A DNA stretch of 59,264 nt from Candidatus Eiseniibacteriota bacterium (GTDB lineage Bacteria; Eisenbacteria; RBG-16-71-46; CAIMUX01; VGJL01): positions 1 through 59,264 of the forward strand of contig JBHGAY010000031.1 of the NCBI GenBank assembly GCA_041946735.1, written 5' to 3'. The position numbers and the translations under genes were made by a program. The notes beneath the pieces were generated by a model. That model was given only the letters and a program-made list of their open reading frames with translations. It ran no database searches and was not told the origin of the DNA. Of this stretch, positions 20,051 to 29,680 are shown piece after piece. Within the stretch, counting starts at the first letter, position 1, and every line of letters starts with the position of its first letter.

Positions 20051-20294
20051 CGATCGCTTGTCTCCTGGCAGCCCCGTTGTCGCGATCGTAGCACGCGACC
20101 CGCGGGGGCGCCGCTGCAAGCGACGGCCGCTTCCGGCGGCGCCGAGAGATGCGGCGGGACGAGCCTCGCCGAGGCCGGCCCGCGGCCGGTCGGGCGTCGC
20201 CCCCTCGGGCGCCACCCCCTCGCCTGCCCGCGATCCGGGCCTTCGCCACCGCCATCCGGCCTCCACGGCCTTCGCCGTCGAGCCTTCGCCCTCG

Positions 20295-21389
20295 CTATCC
20301 GGCCTTCGCTTCGCCGGAAAGCGGCGGCGCGAGGATATTCCCCCCGACCATCGCGGCCCGCTCGGTGGCGCGGAGGAGCGCGGAGCCCTCCCGTCCATCC
20401 TCGGGAACCGACGCGACGGCGACCGTGACCGACAGGGAGCAGGCCGCCGGATCGCGGATCCCCTCCGATGCGGCCAAGTGGCGCACCCGCTCGGCGACGA
20501 CGCAGGCGCCGAGGCGGTCGGTGTCGGGAAGGAGGATCAGAAAGGCGTCCGATCCCAGCGGACCGATCCGGTCGCCCGCGCGGATGTTGCGCTCGATCGT
20601 CTGCCCGATGCGCCGGAAGATATCGAGCGCCACGAGGCGTCCCTCCCGCACCGCGTAGAGCCGGAGATTGCCGATCTCCACGAGAAGGATCGCGAACGGA
20701 TCGCCGAGCGCCGCCGCCCTCGCCGCTCCGCGCTCGAGCGCCGCGCGCAGCTCTCGATACCCGCAAAGGCGGGTCACCGGATCGCTCCGCGCCAGCTCCT
20801 CGAGCGTCGCGACGCGCCGGCGGTTCTCTTCGCCGATCGCGAGCGCGTCGGCGAGCGCTTCGGCGCGCGGCAGGTCGGAAAGTCCGAAGGGCGGGAGATC
20901 GGGACCACGCAGCAGGACGAGCACGCCGAGCATCCGGCCCCCGCGGTGGATCGGCATCGCGAGACACGAGCGGGCGTCGAGGCCGGGCCATCCATCCTGG
21001 AACCGATGGAAGCCGCCTCGTGACCCCGGCACCGTCTCGAGCATGCGCGAGCGCTTGGAGAGGACGGTGCGAACGACCCCGGCGGGCCGCGAGAGGACGA
21101 AGCTGCCCCGCTCCCCTTGCGCGTCGTAGCCGGTCTTGATCCAGCCCGTCTCCCCTTCCAGGACGGTGTAGAGCAGGTGCGCGGAGAACGCGCGGCATAT
21201 CTCGCCGATCCCCCGTCCCAAGGCGCGCAGATCGCGGGCATCGGGCGAATCGCGCTCGATCGGCTCGCCGCCCCCGGCGGCGCCGGAGGAGGAGAAGACG
21301 GACGAGGAGGAGTAGGAGGATCCGACGTCGGCAAGCGCCAGCAGGGAGCGCAGGAATGCGAAGTCGGGCGGCGCCGGGCTCGTGTGCAT
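20295..21389 (-). CDS. GAF + degenerate GGDEF domain protein
   Basis: GAF-like SCLAMPIHRGGRMLGVL; ARSDPVT; GPLGSDAFLILLPDTD; VTVAVASVPEDG; GGAGGA RBS before ATG 21389. Confidence 0.8.
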   Translation of the reverse strand: MHTSPAPPDFAFLRSLLALADVGSSYSSSSVFSSSGAAGGGEPIERDSPDARDLRALGRGIGEICRAFSAHLLYTVLEGETGWIKTGYDAQGERGSFVLSRPAGVVRTVLSKRSRMLETVPGSRGGFHRFQDGWPGLDARSCLAMPIHRGGRMLGVLVLLRGPDLPPFGLSDLPRAEALADALAIGEENRRRVATLEELARSDPVTRLCGYRELRAALERGAARAAALGDPFAILLVEIGNLRLYAVREGRLVALDIFRRIGQTIERNIRAGDRIGPLGSDAFLILLPDTDRLGACVVAERVRHLAASEGIRDPAACSLSVTVAVASVPEDGREGSALLRATERAAMVGGNILAPPLSGEAKAG

Positions 21390-21431
21390 GAGGTCCTCCA
21401 TGAGAGCGGGAGGCAAGCCTCATGCCCGCGG

Positions 21432-21722
21432 TCAGGGGGAAGGAGGGCCGGGAGGCGGCCGCCGCATCCTTCGGACGGCCCATCGGATGTTGGCCGCGGC
21501 TCGCCAGAGCACGCGGATCATGACGACGACGGCGACACCCATCGCAACCGGAAGCACCGCACGGGGCAACGCGATCCGGCCTTGCAGGTCACGCGCGACG
21601 ACGAGAAACCATACGAGGGCGGCGGCCACCGCGATCTGGCTGGCGGCGAGGATCACCGCGGGGAGCCAGGCTTCCGTTCCATCCGGCGGCATCCGGCCAC
21701 GGTCCCCGGGAAGGCGTTGCAT
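21432..21722 (-). CDS. Small two-TM hypothetical membrane protein
   Basis: Two hydrophobic helices followed by a basic tail; GGAGGA about 9 nt before the ATG. Confidence 0.5.
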   Translation of the reverse strand: MQRLPGDRGRMPPDGTEAWLPAVILAASQIAVAAALVWFLVVARDLQGRIALPRAVLPVAMGVAVVVMIRVLWRAAANIRWAVRRMRRPPPGPPSP

Positions 21723-22031
21723 CCTGCACGATCCTCCAGGGCGGGGTGCAGAGACAAAGCGTCGCCGCCGCCGTCCCGCCTCCCGCAGCATAGCATCGGT
21801 CTCCAAAGAACCTGCCACCTCCCCGCCTCCCGATGGTAGGATCCTTGCCGCCGCGTCCGAGGCCCACGCGAACAGGCAAGGGGATGCATGTGACCGGTGG
21901 ACGGAAACGGGCCTACGACCTACGCGGCTCACGAGCACGAGGACCCTGCTGCCGGGACCGGCCCGATGCATGGCCGCCGTCCTGAGGACGCGACGCCTCC
22001 GGCAGGCGCCGCAAGGGAGGAGGCAGAACCG

Positions 22032-23327
22032 ATGAGGTCTTCGCTTCTGATTCTCGCGTTGTCGCTGCTGATCGTGAACGCCGCCCGGGGGGGCGGTACG
22101 GTGACGAACGTCCAGTTCTACAGCGAGGCGCTCCAGGAAAACCGCTGGGTGCAGGTCTACACGCCGGAGGGCTATGACCCGGACGGGACGACCTGGTATC
22201 CGTCGATTTGCTTCCTGCACGGCGCGAACGGCGACCATCTCGGCTACCCGGAGCTGATCGCCTGGGCGGACAACCTGATCGGCGCGGGAGAGATCGATCC
22301 GGTGATCCTGATCAAGCCGGACGGCAGCGGATGCGAGTGGCCGCCGTTTTGGGAAGGATGCGGATGGGTCGACTCCGAGCTGCAGGGGCGGTTCGAGACG
22401 TATCTGACCGCGGACGTCGTGGGGTTTGCGGAAGAGAACTATCGGATCGTGCGGAGCCCGGCGAAGCGCGCGTTGATGGGACATTCGATGGGGGCGTTCG
22501 GATCGATGCACGCCGCGCTACGTCATCCCGACATGTACGCGGCGGTTGCGGCGCTGAGCGGCTATCCGGACTTCGAAGAGTTCGCGAACCAGCACGTCCC
22601 GATCATCCGCACCGAGCAGCACAACGCGCACGGCGACCCTCCCTGGGACTATCGCCCGGAGGAGGGCCTCTACACGTGCGGATGGCTCATGTTCGCCGGC
22701 GGCTTCTCGCCGGACCTCGGCAATCCTCCCTTCTACGTCGACTTCCCGCTCGATCCCTACGGCGAAATCGATCCCGACGTTTGGAGCCGCTGGCTCGAGC
22801 ATGATCCATCGGCGATCGCGGGCGCGCTCAGTCCCGAGACGGCGCCAGCCATCTACTTCGATTGCGGCACGAACGACCCGCTGCATCTCTATCCGATAAA
22901 CGTCGCGTTCCATGAACGGCTGACGGAGCTGGAAATCCCCCACGATTTCCAGTCGTACGTGGGAGGACACTGGTCGGTCGGCAGGCTCCAGGTCGCGCTG
23001 CGCTTCCTCGATTCGGCGTTCGGAGGGACCGCGGCGGCGGAAGGCGGCGAGCCGCAGACGCAAGGAATCGATTCGATCCTTCGCTTCCAGGTGACGAACC
23101 CGTCGCGGGAGCGAGTCGAGCTCTTCTTCGAAACGTCCGCGGCCGGCTCGGCGATCGTGGACGCTTTCGACGTGCAGGGAAGGCTTCGCGCTACGGTAGT
23201 CCGCGCCGACCTGCCGAGCGGCCCGCATCATTTCACATGGGAAACGAAGGGGATCGCGCCGGGAGTTTATTTCGTGCGGTTATGGACTCCAGTCGACCGC
23301 GAGACGCGGACGGTCGTCGTTCCGTAG
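22032..23327 (+). CDS. Secreted alpha/beta-hydrolase (putative esterase family) with T9SS/FlgD-like C-terminal domain
   Basis: Signal peptide; VYTPEGY, FLHG, nucleophile GHSMG, DCGTND, GGHW; tail NP...FDVQGR...W...PGVYFVRL; GGAGG RBS. Confidence 0.88.
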   Translation: MRSSLLILALSLLIVNAARGGGTVTNVQFYSEALQENRWVQVYTPEGYDPDGTTWYPSICFLHGANGDHLGYPELIAWADNLIGAGEIDPVILIKPDGSGCEWPPFWEGCGWVDSELQGRFETYLTADVVGFAEENYRIVRSPAKRALMGHSMGAFGSMHAALRHPDMYAAVAALSGYPDFEEFANQHVPIIRTEQHNAHGDPPWDYRPEEGLYTCGWLMFAGGFSPDLGNPPFYVDFPLDPYGEIDPDVWSRWLEHDPSAIAGALSPETAPAIYFDCGTNDPLHLYPINVAFHERLTELEIPHDFQSYVGGHWSVGRLQVALRFLDSAFGGTAAAEGGEPQTQGIDSILRFQVTNPSRERVELFFETSAAGSAIVDAFDVQGRLRATVVRADLPSGPHHFTWETKGIAPGVYFVRLWTPVDRETRTVVVP

Positions 23328-23434
23328 AAGCCTCGCCGCAGGTCGCGGCGCGGACACGATCGGCCAAGCGCGAGAAGGGGCTGCGACGGTGAGTCGCAGC
23401 CCCTTCCCTGTCCTCTTTCATCCGGCTCGGACCT

Positions 23435-23508
23435 TACGCCCGACAGGATTCGAACCTGTGACCTCTTGCTCCGGAGGCAAGCGCTCTATCCAGCTGAGCT
23501 ACGGGCGC
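23435..23508 (-). tRNA. tRNA-Arg(CCG), CCA not encoded
   Basis: GCGCCCGTAGCTCAGCTGGATAGAGCG CTTGC CT-CCG-GA GCAAG AGGTC ACAGG TTCGAAT CCTGT CGGGCGT A folds as a cloverleaf. Confidence 0.96.
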
Positions 23509-23892
23509 GCGTTCTTTCGATCGTCGATGGCCGCAGCGCTTCGGGCTTCGGCCGCTCGGATCCTAGCACAGCCGAATCGGGCGTCGCCACCGCCGGGCGC
23601 GCGCGCCGGCATCCGTCACGCCGGGGTGCCGGCCGCGGTGGGGGCGGGGTGCCAGGAGCCGTCGAACGGCGTACACTTCGCGGCGGTCGAAGAAACTCCG
23701 GGGGAAGAGCGAGGAAGAGCGGACGTTCCGCCCCTCTCCCGGTTCGATGCCAGTCGGTTTCCGCAACAGCGAATCGCGCGCGAGTGCAAGTGCGAGGGCG
23801 AGGGTGCAGGAGAGAACGGCCGGGATCCGGCTCGCGATACCCCTGGACCTCCTCTTTCGCGGGCGATCCGATCGGGAGGAGAGAAGTTGACG

Positions 23893-24627
23893 ATGCGGCC
23901 GCTCTTGCTTCTGCTGATCCTCTGCGCCGTCGGTCCTCCGGGCCTCTACGAGGCGGCGGACGGCGCGGATCTCACAACGATCGAGCATCCGTCGTACCCG
24001 GTCGAGCCACCTCCACAGCGGGCTCCCATGCAGATCTATCAGAACTACGACATCACGACGATCGGGGACACCCAGGTCGCCTGCGGCATCGCGGGCGAGT
24101 ACACGGTCCAAAACTGGTTCGCCCGCCGCTTCTACCTCTACGAAGACCACGGCAATGGGATCACTGTCCAAAGCCTCGACTTCGCCGTCTCTTACCTGAC
24201 GGGGGACATCACCGTCGACGTGATCACCTACACGATCCCGAGCGGGGTGCCGTTGCTCTTCGCGAACCTCACAGAGAAGGATCGGCGCCAGGTCCATCTC
24301 GGTGTCGAGGACGTGGAGCAGTGGATCAACGTTCCGATCGATGGGTGTGGAGATCTGGGGATCGATCTCGTCGTCGCGATCTCCGCCCCGGACTGCTCCT
24401 TGACCTTCGTCTCGTTCTACCCGGGGGCCAATGACGCAGGCGCTTTCCAGGATGCGTGGATCGCGTCAGCCGAGTGCGGGATCCCCGAACCGATCGGGGT
24501 GAGCGACATCGGCTTCCCAGATTCGCAGACTCTGTTCGTCGTCAACGGAGAGGACACCGGCTGCATAGAGTACCCCGTCGCCACCAAGGCGACCTCGTGG
24601 GGAGCCGTGAAGCGGCTGTACCGGTAG
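23893..24627 (+). CDS. Secreted hypothetical protein with C-terminal PV...TSWGAVKRLYR tail
   Basis: GGAGGAG RBS; MRPLLLLLILCAVG signal-like start; acidic beta-rich body with Cys; non-shadow amino acid composition. Confidence 0.85.
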   Translation: MRPLLLLLILCAVGPPGLYEAADGADLTTIEHPSYPVEPPPQRAPMQIYQNYDITTIGDTQVACGIAGEYTVQNWFARRFYLYEDHGNGITVQSLDFAVSYLTGDITVDVITYTIPSGVPLLFANLTEKDRRQVHLGVEDVEQWINVPIDGCGDLGIDLVVAISAPDCSLTFVSFYPGANDAGAFQDAWIASAECGIPEPIGVSDIGFPDSQTLFVVNGEDTGCIEYPVATKATSWGAVKRLYR

Positions 24628-24711
24628 TCCTCCAGTCATCCAGCCGGTCTCGGCGAGCCAGGCCCTACTTCCCAGCCGGGCGAACCGAAGCCGAGTCCAA
24701 GCCGAAGAAGC

Positions 24712-24743
24712 GAGGGGACCGGGCGACCGGTCCCCTCTCGTTT
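24712..24743 (+). terminator. Hairpin, probable intrinsic terminator
   Basis: GAGGGGACCGG-GCGA-CCGGTCCCCTC perfect 11-bp stem followed by TCGTTT. Confidence 0.6.
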
Positions 24744-24823
24744 GCGTGCCGGCTTTCGGGATGGCTTGCGTGCCGGCTTTTGGCATGGGTTTCGGCATGG
24801 CTTTCCGGACGGCTTTCGGACGG
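24740..24823. repeat. Degenerate 12-nt tandem repeat, about 7 copies, intergenic
   Basis: gtttgcgtgccg gctttcgggatg gcttgcgtgccg gcttttggcatg ggtttcggcatg gctttccggacg gctttcggacgg. Confidence 0.75.
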
Positions 24824-24946
24824 TTGCTCTCGTGGCCGATCCAGGCGAGACTAGCGGCGGCCGTCCGACCGACCGACCGGAGACGACCTGCGCCGTGGGC
24901 CGGAATGCTGGACGTCCGGCGGCCCGCGCCCGAAAGGAGTGCGTCG

Positions 24947-25303
24947 ATGACCAAGCTCGAGATCGAACGGGTCGAAGCTGAAGCGGGCACGATTGTCGTC
25001 TATCGCCTCGACGGGTGGCTGTCGAGCACGACGGAGTCCTACCGCCTGCTCGAAGAGGTCAAGGAGGACGTACGCCATGGCAAGCGAGGGGTGCTGATCG
25101 ACATCTCGAGGATCGAACACATGAGCAGCGCCGGCGTCGGGATCCTCGCCGCCTGCTTCACCTCGGTCATGAACGCGGGAGGCCGGATGGTCCTCTCGGG
25201 TGGATCGAAACGCAGCCTGGTGCTCTTGAACGTCGTGAAGCTCCTCGACGTGATCCCCCACTTCGAAACCGAGCCGGAGGCTCTCGCCTCGCTTCGCTCC
25301 TGA
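24947..25303 (+). CDS. STAS-domain anti-sigma factor antagonist
   Basis: VVYRLDG, VLIDISRIEHMSSAGVGIL, GGRMVL, FETEPEALASL; AAAGGAG RBS. Confidence 0.88.
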   Translation: MTKLEIERVEAEAGTIVVYRLDGWLSSTTESYRLLEEVKEDVRHGKRGVLIDISRIEHMSSAGVGILAACFTSVMNAGGRMVLSGGSKRSLVLLNVVKLLDVIPHFETEPEALASLRS

Positions 25304-25341
25304 TCCAGTCGGAGATCGCCGAGCACCGCCGCGAAAGCAGC

Positions 25342-26556
25342 CTAGCGCGCGCCCGGCCCTTCCGGCTTCGGCTCCCCGAACGCCCGCACCGTCTCGACGT
25401 CCTTGTCTCCACGACCGGAGAGATTGAGCAAGATCAGATCGGCGGCGGAGAGCCTCGGCGCGATCGCGCGCAGGTGGGCGACCGCGTGCGAGGACTCCAG
25501 GGCCGGCAGGATCCCTTCGGTGCGCGCGAGCAGATGGAACGCCTCGACCGCTTGCGTGTCGGTCGCGTGCGCATAGGTCGCGCGCCCCTCATCGAAGAGC
25601 CACGCGTGCTCCGGACCGACCGCCGGATAGTCGAGGCCGGCGGAGACGGAATGCGTCGCGCGGATCTGTCCGTGGCGATCCTGGAGCAGATAGGTGCGCG
25701 TGCCGTGCAGGATCCCGGCGGAGCGGTCGGCGAAGCGCGCCGCGTGACGGCCGGTCGCTATCCCTTCCCCGCCCGCCTCGACGCCGACCATCCCGACCGC
25801 CGGATCGTCGAGGAACGGGTGGAACAGGCCGATCGCGTTTGAGCCTCCGCCGACGCAGGCGACGAGCAGCGTGGGAAGCCGGCCCTCGACGGCGAGGATC
25901 TGCTCGCGCGCTTCGCGCCCGATGACGCTCTGGAAGTCCCGGACGATCCGCGGGAACGGGTGCGGCCCGAGCACGGAGCCTAGGACGTAGTGGGTCGTGT
26001 CGACCGTCGCGACCCAGTCGCGGAGCGCTTCGTTGATCGCGTCTTTCAGCGTTCGGCTTCCCGCGTCGACCGGCGCGACCTCGGCGCCCAGCGTCCTCAT
26101 GCGGTAGACGTTCAGCGCCTGACGCGCCATGTCCTCCGTCCCCATGTAGACGCGGCAAGGGAGCCCGAGCAGCGCGCAGGCCGTCGCGGTCGCGACGCCG
26201 TGCTGTCCGGCTCCCGTCTCCGCCAGGATGCGGCGCTTCCCCATGCGGCGCGCGAGCAGAACCTGGCCGAGCGCGTTGTTGATCTTGTGGGCGCCGGTGT
26301 GGGCGAGGTCCTCGCGCTTGAGATAGACCGGCGCCGCGGAGCCGATCGCCGCCTCGAGGCGTCGCGCGCGCGTCAGCGGCGTCGGGCGGCCGACGTAGTC
26401 GCGCAGCAGCGCCGTCAGCTCGCCGGTGAACGCCGGATCGGCGAGCGCCGCCTCGTGCGCGCGCTCGAGCTCCTCGAGGGCCGGGATCAACGTCTCCGGG
26501 ACGAAACGGCCGCCGTGCGAGCCGAAGCGACCGCGATGGTGGGAAGGCGCGTTCAC
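25342..26556 (-). CDS. trpB: Tryptophan synthase beta subunit
   Basis: [61 protein letters not shown] overlap with trpF. Confidence 0.97.
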   Translation of the reverse strand: MNAPSHHRGRFGSHGGRFVPETLIPALEELERAHEAALADPAFTGELTALLRDYVGRPTPLTRARRLEAAIGSAAPVYLKREDLAHTGAHKINNALGQVLLARRMGKRRILAETGAGQHGVATATACALLGLPCRVYMGTEDMARQALNVYRMRTLGAEVAPVDAGSRTLKDAINEALRDWVATVDTTHYVLGSVLGPHPFPRIVRDFQSVIGREAREQILAVEGRLPTLLVACVGGGSNAIGLFHPFLDDPAVGMVGVEAGGEGIATGRHAARFADRSAGILHGTRTYLLQDRHGQIRATHSVSAGLDYPAVGPEHAWLFDEGRATYAHATDTQAVEAFHLLARTEGILPALESSHAVAHLRAIAPRLSAADLILLNLSGRGDKDVETVRAFGEPKPEGPGAR

Positions 26557-27224
26557 GGTGCCGTCCTCGCGCCCGTCGCTATCCGGACGGCGTCGACGAA
26601 GGCGCGCACCTTCGCGGGATCCTTCACACCCGGCTCTCGCTCCAGGCGGGACGAAGCGTCGACGGCGAAGGGACGGAAGCGCGACAGCAGTCCGGCGACC
26701 GCCGCCGCGTCGAGCCCGCCGGCGACGAAGACGCGACCGCGATCCAGGAGCGGGGTGGCCCATTCCCAAGGGAAGGCCCTGCCGGTGCCTCCGCGAAGCC
26801 CCTCGCGCTTCGGCTCGACGAGGACGGCCCACGGATCCGGCTCGCCGTCGTCGGAGGGCCAGCGGGCGCCCGCGGCAGAGGCGAGCGGGATCGCGCGAAT
26901 CGTCGGAAGATCGTCGAGGCGGCGCGGCGGGAGGGCGCCGTGGATCTGGACGTGCGTGAGGCGGGCGGCCTTCGCGGCCCCGTGGATCTCCTCGGGCGAC
27001 GGATCGACGAAGACTCCGACGCGTCCCACCTGCGGATACCGGACCGCCAGGGCGCCCGAGATCGCCGCCGCCTGATCGAGCGAGCAGCGGCGCGGGCTGT
27101 CGGCGAGGACGAATCCGATCCAGCCGGCTCCGCACGTCGCGGCGTGAAGCGCGTCGTCGAGCTTCGTGATCCCGCAGATCTTGACGCCGATCTTCCTCCT
27201 CGCGCCTTCCTCCGTCGGCCTCAT
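26553..27224 (-). CDS. trpF: Phosphoribosylanthranilate isomerase
   Basis: [48 protein letters not shown]. Confidence 0.93.
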   Translation of the reverse strand: MRPTEEGARRKIGVKICGITKLDDALHAATCGAGWIGFVLADSPRRCSLDQAAAISGALAVRYPQVGRVGVFVDPSPEEIHGAAKAARLTHVQIHGALPPRRLDDLPTIRAIPLASAAGARWPSDDGEPDPWAVLVEPKREGLRGGTGRAFPWEWATPLLDRGRVFVAGGLDAAAVAGLLSRFRPFAVDASSRLEREPGVKDPAKVRAFVDAVRIATGARTAP

Positions 27225-28024
27225 CGCCCGGCCTCCTCGGCGCCGCGCAGTCGGCGGAGCGCGTCGCCCGGCGAAGGATCCCGCATCAGCGTCTCCCCCA
27301 CCAGGACAGCGTCGAAGCCCTCGCGCTCGATCGCGGTCACATCGTCCCTGGTGCGAACTCCGCTCTCCGCGACCTTCACGCAACCGGCGGGAAGCAGCGG
27401 GAGCAGGCGCGCGCCGAGCGAGCGATCGATGGTGAAGTCCTCGAGGTTGCGACGATTGACCCCGACGACGCGGGCGCCGAGCGACACGGCCGACTCGAGC
27501 TCTCGCTCGTCATGCACTTCGACGAGCGTCTCGAGGCCGAGGTCGCGCGCGGCGGCGAAGAGGTCACGGAGGAGGGCTTGGTCGGTCCCGGCGACGATCA
27601 GGAGGATCGCGTCGGCGCCGAGGCTCCTCGCCCAGGCGACCTGCCAGTCGTCGACGAAGAAGTCCTTCATCAGGAGCGGCAGCGCGACCGCCTCGCGCGC
27701 GCGGGCGAGGAAGGCGGGATCGCCGTCGAAGTGCTTCGTTTCGGTCAGGATCGAGATGGCCGCGGCGCCCGCCTCGGCATATCCCTTCGCGATCCCGGCC
27801 GGGTCGGCCCCGGGACGGATCGCTCCCGCCGAGGGGGAGGCGCGCTTCACCTCCGCGAGGAACCGGAGGGGCTCGCCGGGCGCCGGACGCTCGAGCGCCG
27901 CGCCGAACGGCCGGCGATCGTCTCGCCAGAGAGAGGCCGATTCGAGACTCGCGATCGGGAGTCGCGCACGAAGCGCAAGAACCTCCGCGCGCCGGCTCTG
28001 CACGATCCGCTGCAGCAGGCTCAT
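27221..28024 (-). CDS. trpC: Indole-3-glycerol phosphate synthase
   Basis: [47 protein letters not shown]. Confidence 0.95.
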   Translation of the reverse strand: MSLLQRIVQSRRAEVLALRARLPIASLESASLWRDDRRPFGAALERPAPGEPLRFLAEVKRASPSAGAIRPGADPAGIAKGYAEAGAAAISILTETKHFDGDPAFLARAREAVALPLLMKDFFVDDWQVAWARSLGADAILLIVAGTDQALLRDLFAAARDLGLETLVEVHDERELESAVSLGARVVGVNRRNLEDFTIDRSLGARLLPLLPAGCVKVAESGVRTRDDVTAIEREGFDAVLVGETLMRDPSPGDALRRLRGAEEAGR

Positions 28025-29106
28025 CGGCGGGATAGCTTTCGGCTCGTCTCGCGCAGGCGATCGAGCACACTCGCCGCCGCTCCGGAGTCGAGGCTCTCGC
28101 GCGACCGCGCGCATCCCTCCGCCAGGTCGCGGGCGAGCCCGGTGACATAGAAGCCGGCGGCGGCATTCAGCACGACCGCCTCGCGCGACGGCCCCCGCAC
28201 CTCTCCAGCGAGAAGCCCCGTGATCCACGCCGCGTTCGCGCGCGCGTCGCCCCCGGAGAGGGCGGCCGGATCGGACGGCGGATCGAAGCCGAGCGCGCGC
28301 GGCGAGACGGCGAGCGGCCGGGGCGCCTCGGCCCCGGAACGGGCCTCGAAGACGACCGGTTCGCCGTCGAGCGAGAGCTCGTCTTCTCCCCCCGCTCCGT
28401 GGACGACGAGGGCATGCTCGGTCCCCAGGCGATGGAGCACGCCGGCGACCGTCGGAACGAGCGGCGCGGCGAACACTCCCAGCACCTGCCGGTCGACTCC
28501 CGCCGGATTCGTCAGCGGCCCGAGCAGGTTGAAGAGGCTCCGGACGGCGATCTCGCGGCGCGGGCCGAGGGCATGGCGCATCGCGGGGTGCAGGCGGGGC
28601 GCGAAGAGAAACGCGAAGCCGGTCTCGCCGAGGCACGCCTCGATCCCGTCCGGATCGAGGTCGATGACGACGCCGAGCGCCTCGAGGACGTCGGCGCTGC
28701 CGCTGCGGCTCGAGATCGCGCGGTTGCCGTGCTTGGCAACCGCCGCCCCGCCGCCGGCGACGACGAGCGCCGCGGCGGTGGAGAGGTTCCAGGTGCCGCG
28801 GCCGTCCCCTCCCGTGCCGCAGGTGTCGAGCACGGGGCGGCGCGGCGCGCGGATCGGAATGGCGGCGGCCCGCATCGCCTCGGCGGCTCCCGCGATCTCC
28901 TCCGCCGTCTCTCCCTTCATCCGGAGCGCGATCAGGAACGCCGCGATCTGCGCGGGGGTCGCCTCCCCCGCCATCACCTTGGCGAGGACGGCCCGCGCCT
29001 GCGCCCTCGTCAGATCCTGCCGGTCGACGAGCCGCGCGATCGCGCCGGGGAGATCGATCGCGGCGGCCGCTCCTTCCGAACCGTTCTCCGAAGCGCGAGG
29101 GTGCAT
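28021..29106 (-). CDS. trpD: Anthranilate phosphoribosyltransferase
   Basis: LDTCGTGGDG, NLST, AKHGNRAISSRSGSAD, FNLLGPLTNP. Confidence 0.96.
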   Translation of the reverse strand: MHPRASENGSEGAAAAIDLPGAIARLVDRQDLTRAQARAVLAKVMAGEATPAQIAAFLIALRMKGETAEEIAGAAEAMRAAAIPIRAPRRPVLDTCGTGGDGRGTWNLSTAAALVVAGGGAAVAKHGNRAISSRSGSADVLEALGVVIDLDPDGIEACLGETGFAFLFAPRLHPAMRHALGPRREIAVRSLFNLLGPLTNPAGVDRQVLGVFAAPLVPTVAGVLHRLGTEHALVVHGAGGEDELSLDGEPVVFEARSGAEAPRPLAVSPRALGFDPPSDPAALSGGDARANAAWITGLLAGEVRGPSREAVVLNAAAGFYVTGLARDLAEGCARSRESLDSGAAASVLDRLRETSRKLSRR

Positions 29107-29110
29107 TGGG

Positions 29111-29680
29111 CTACCTGCAAAGGAAGAGGAAGTTGGAGATCAGGCGGCGGCCGTCCGGGGTCAAGATCGATTCGGGATGGAACTGCACCCCCCAGCTCTC
29201 GTGCTCGCGATGGCGCATCCCCATCAACTCCCCCTCGGCTGTGTGCGCGACCGGCTCGAAGCACGCGGGAAGCGTCTCCTTCTCGACGAGGAGCGAGTGG
29301 TAGCGGGTCGCGGGGAACGGGTTCGGCAGCCCGGCGAAGATGCCGCGTCCCGAGTGGATCACCATCGACGTCTTGCCGTGCATCAACCGCTGCGCGCGGA
29401 CGATCCGGCCGCCGTGCACGTAGGCGAGGCACTGGTGGCCGAGGCAGACGCCCAGGATCGGGACCCGCCCCTCGAACGCGCGCAGGATGGCGTTGGACGG
29501 CTCGGTCTCCGCGGGGCTTTTCGGTCCCGGAGAGATCACGATCCCGGCGGGGCGAAGCTCCTCGATCCTGCGGATCGGGATCGCGTCGTTGCGGAAGACG
29601 AGCGGCTCGCCCCCCAGCTCCCCGATCATCTGCACGAGGTTGTAGGTGAAGGAGTCGTAGTTGTCGACGACGAGGATCAT
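29111..29680 (-). CDS. trpG: Anthranilate synthase component II (glutamine amidotransferase)
   Basis: MILVVDNYDSFTYNL, ISPGP, GVCLGHQ, RYHSL, VQFHPES. Confidence 0.95.
   Translation of the reverse strand: MILVVDNYDSFTYNLVQMIGELGGEPLVFRNDAIPIRRIEELRPAGIVISPGPKSPAETEPSNAILRAFEGRVPILGVCLGHQCLAYVHGGRIVRAQRLMHGKTSMVIHSGRGIFAGLPNPFPATRYHSLLVEKETLPACFEPVAHTAEGELMGMRHREHESWGVQFHPESILTPDGRRLISNFLFLCR

Noticed and set aside
16460..20428. Very long ORFs antisense or off-frame to real genes (e.g. 1322 aa at 16460-20428, 1061 aa at 33960-37145, 930 aa at 10071-12863)
   Set aside because: Arg/Gly/Pro-rich shadow frames expected at high GC; no motifs; the opposite strand holds recognisable genes.
23509..23892. 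Riboswitch or sRNA in the 380-nt intergenic region
   Set aside because: No recognisable aptamer motif by eye; only a probable extended -10 (TGCTAGGAT) for the tRNA.
24740..24823. Possible CRISPR array
   Set aside because: 12-nt contiguous degenerate units, no spacers, no cas genes.
21900..25303. Integrated element at tRNA-Arg
   Set aside because: No integrase or transposase, and I found no duplicated tRNA 3' end; treated only as an accessory-looking patch.
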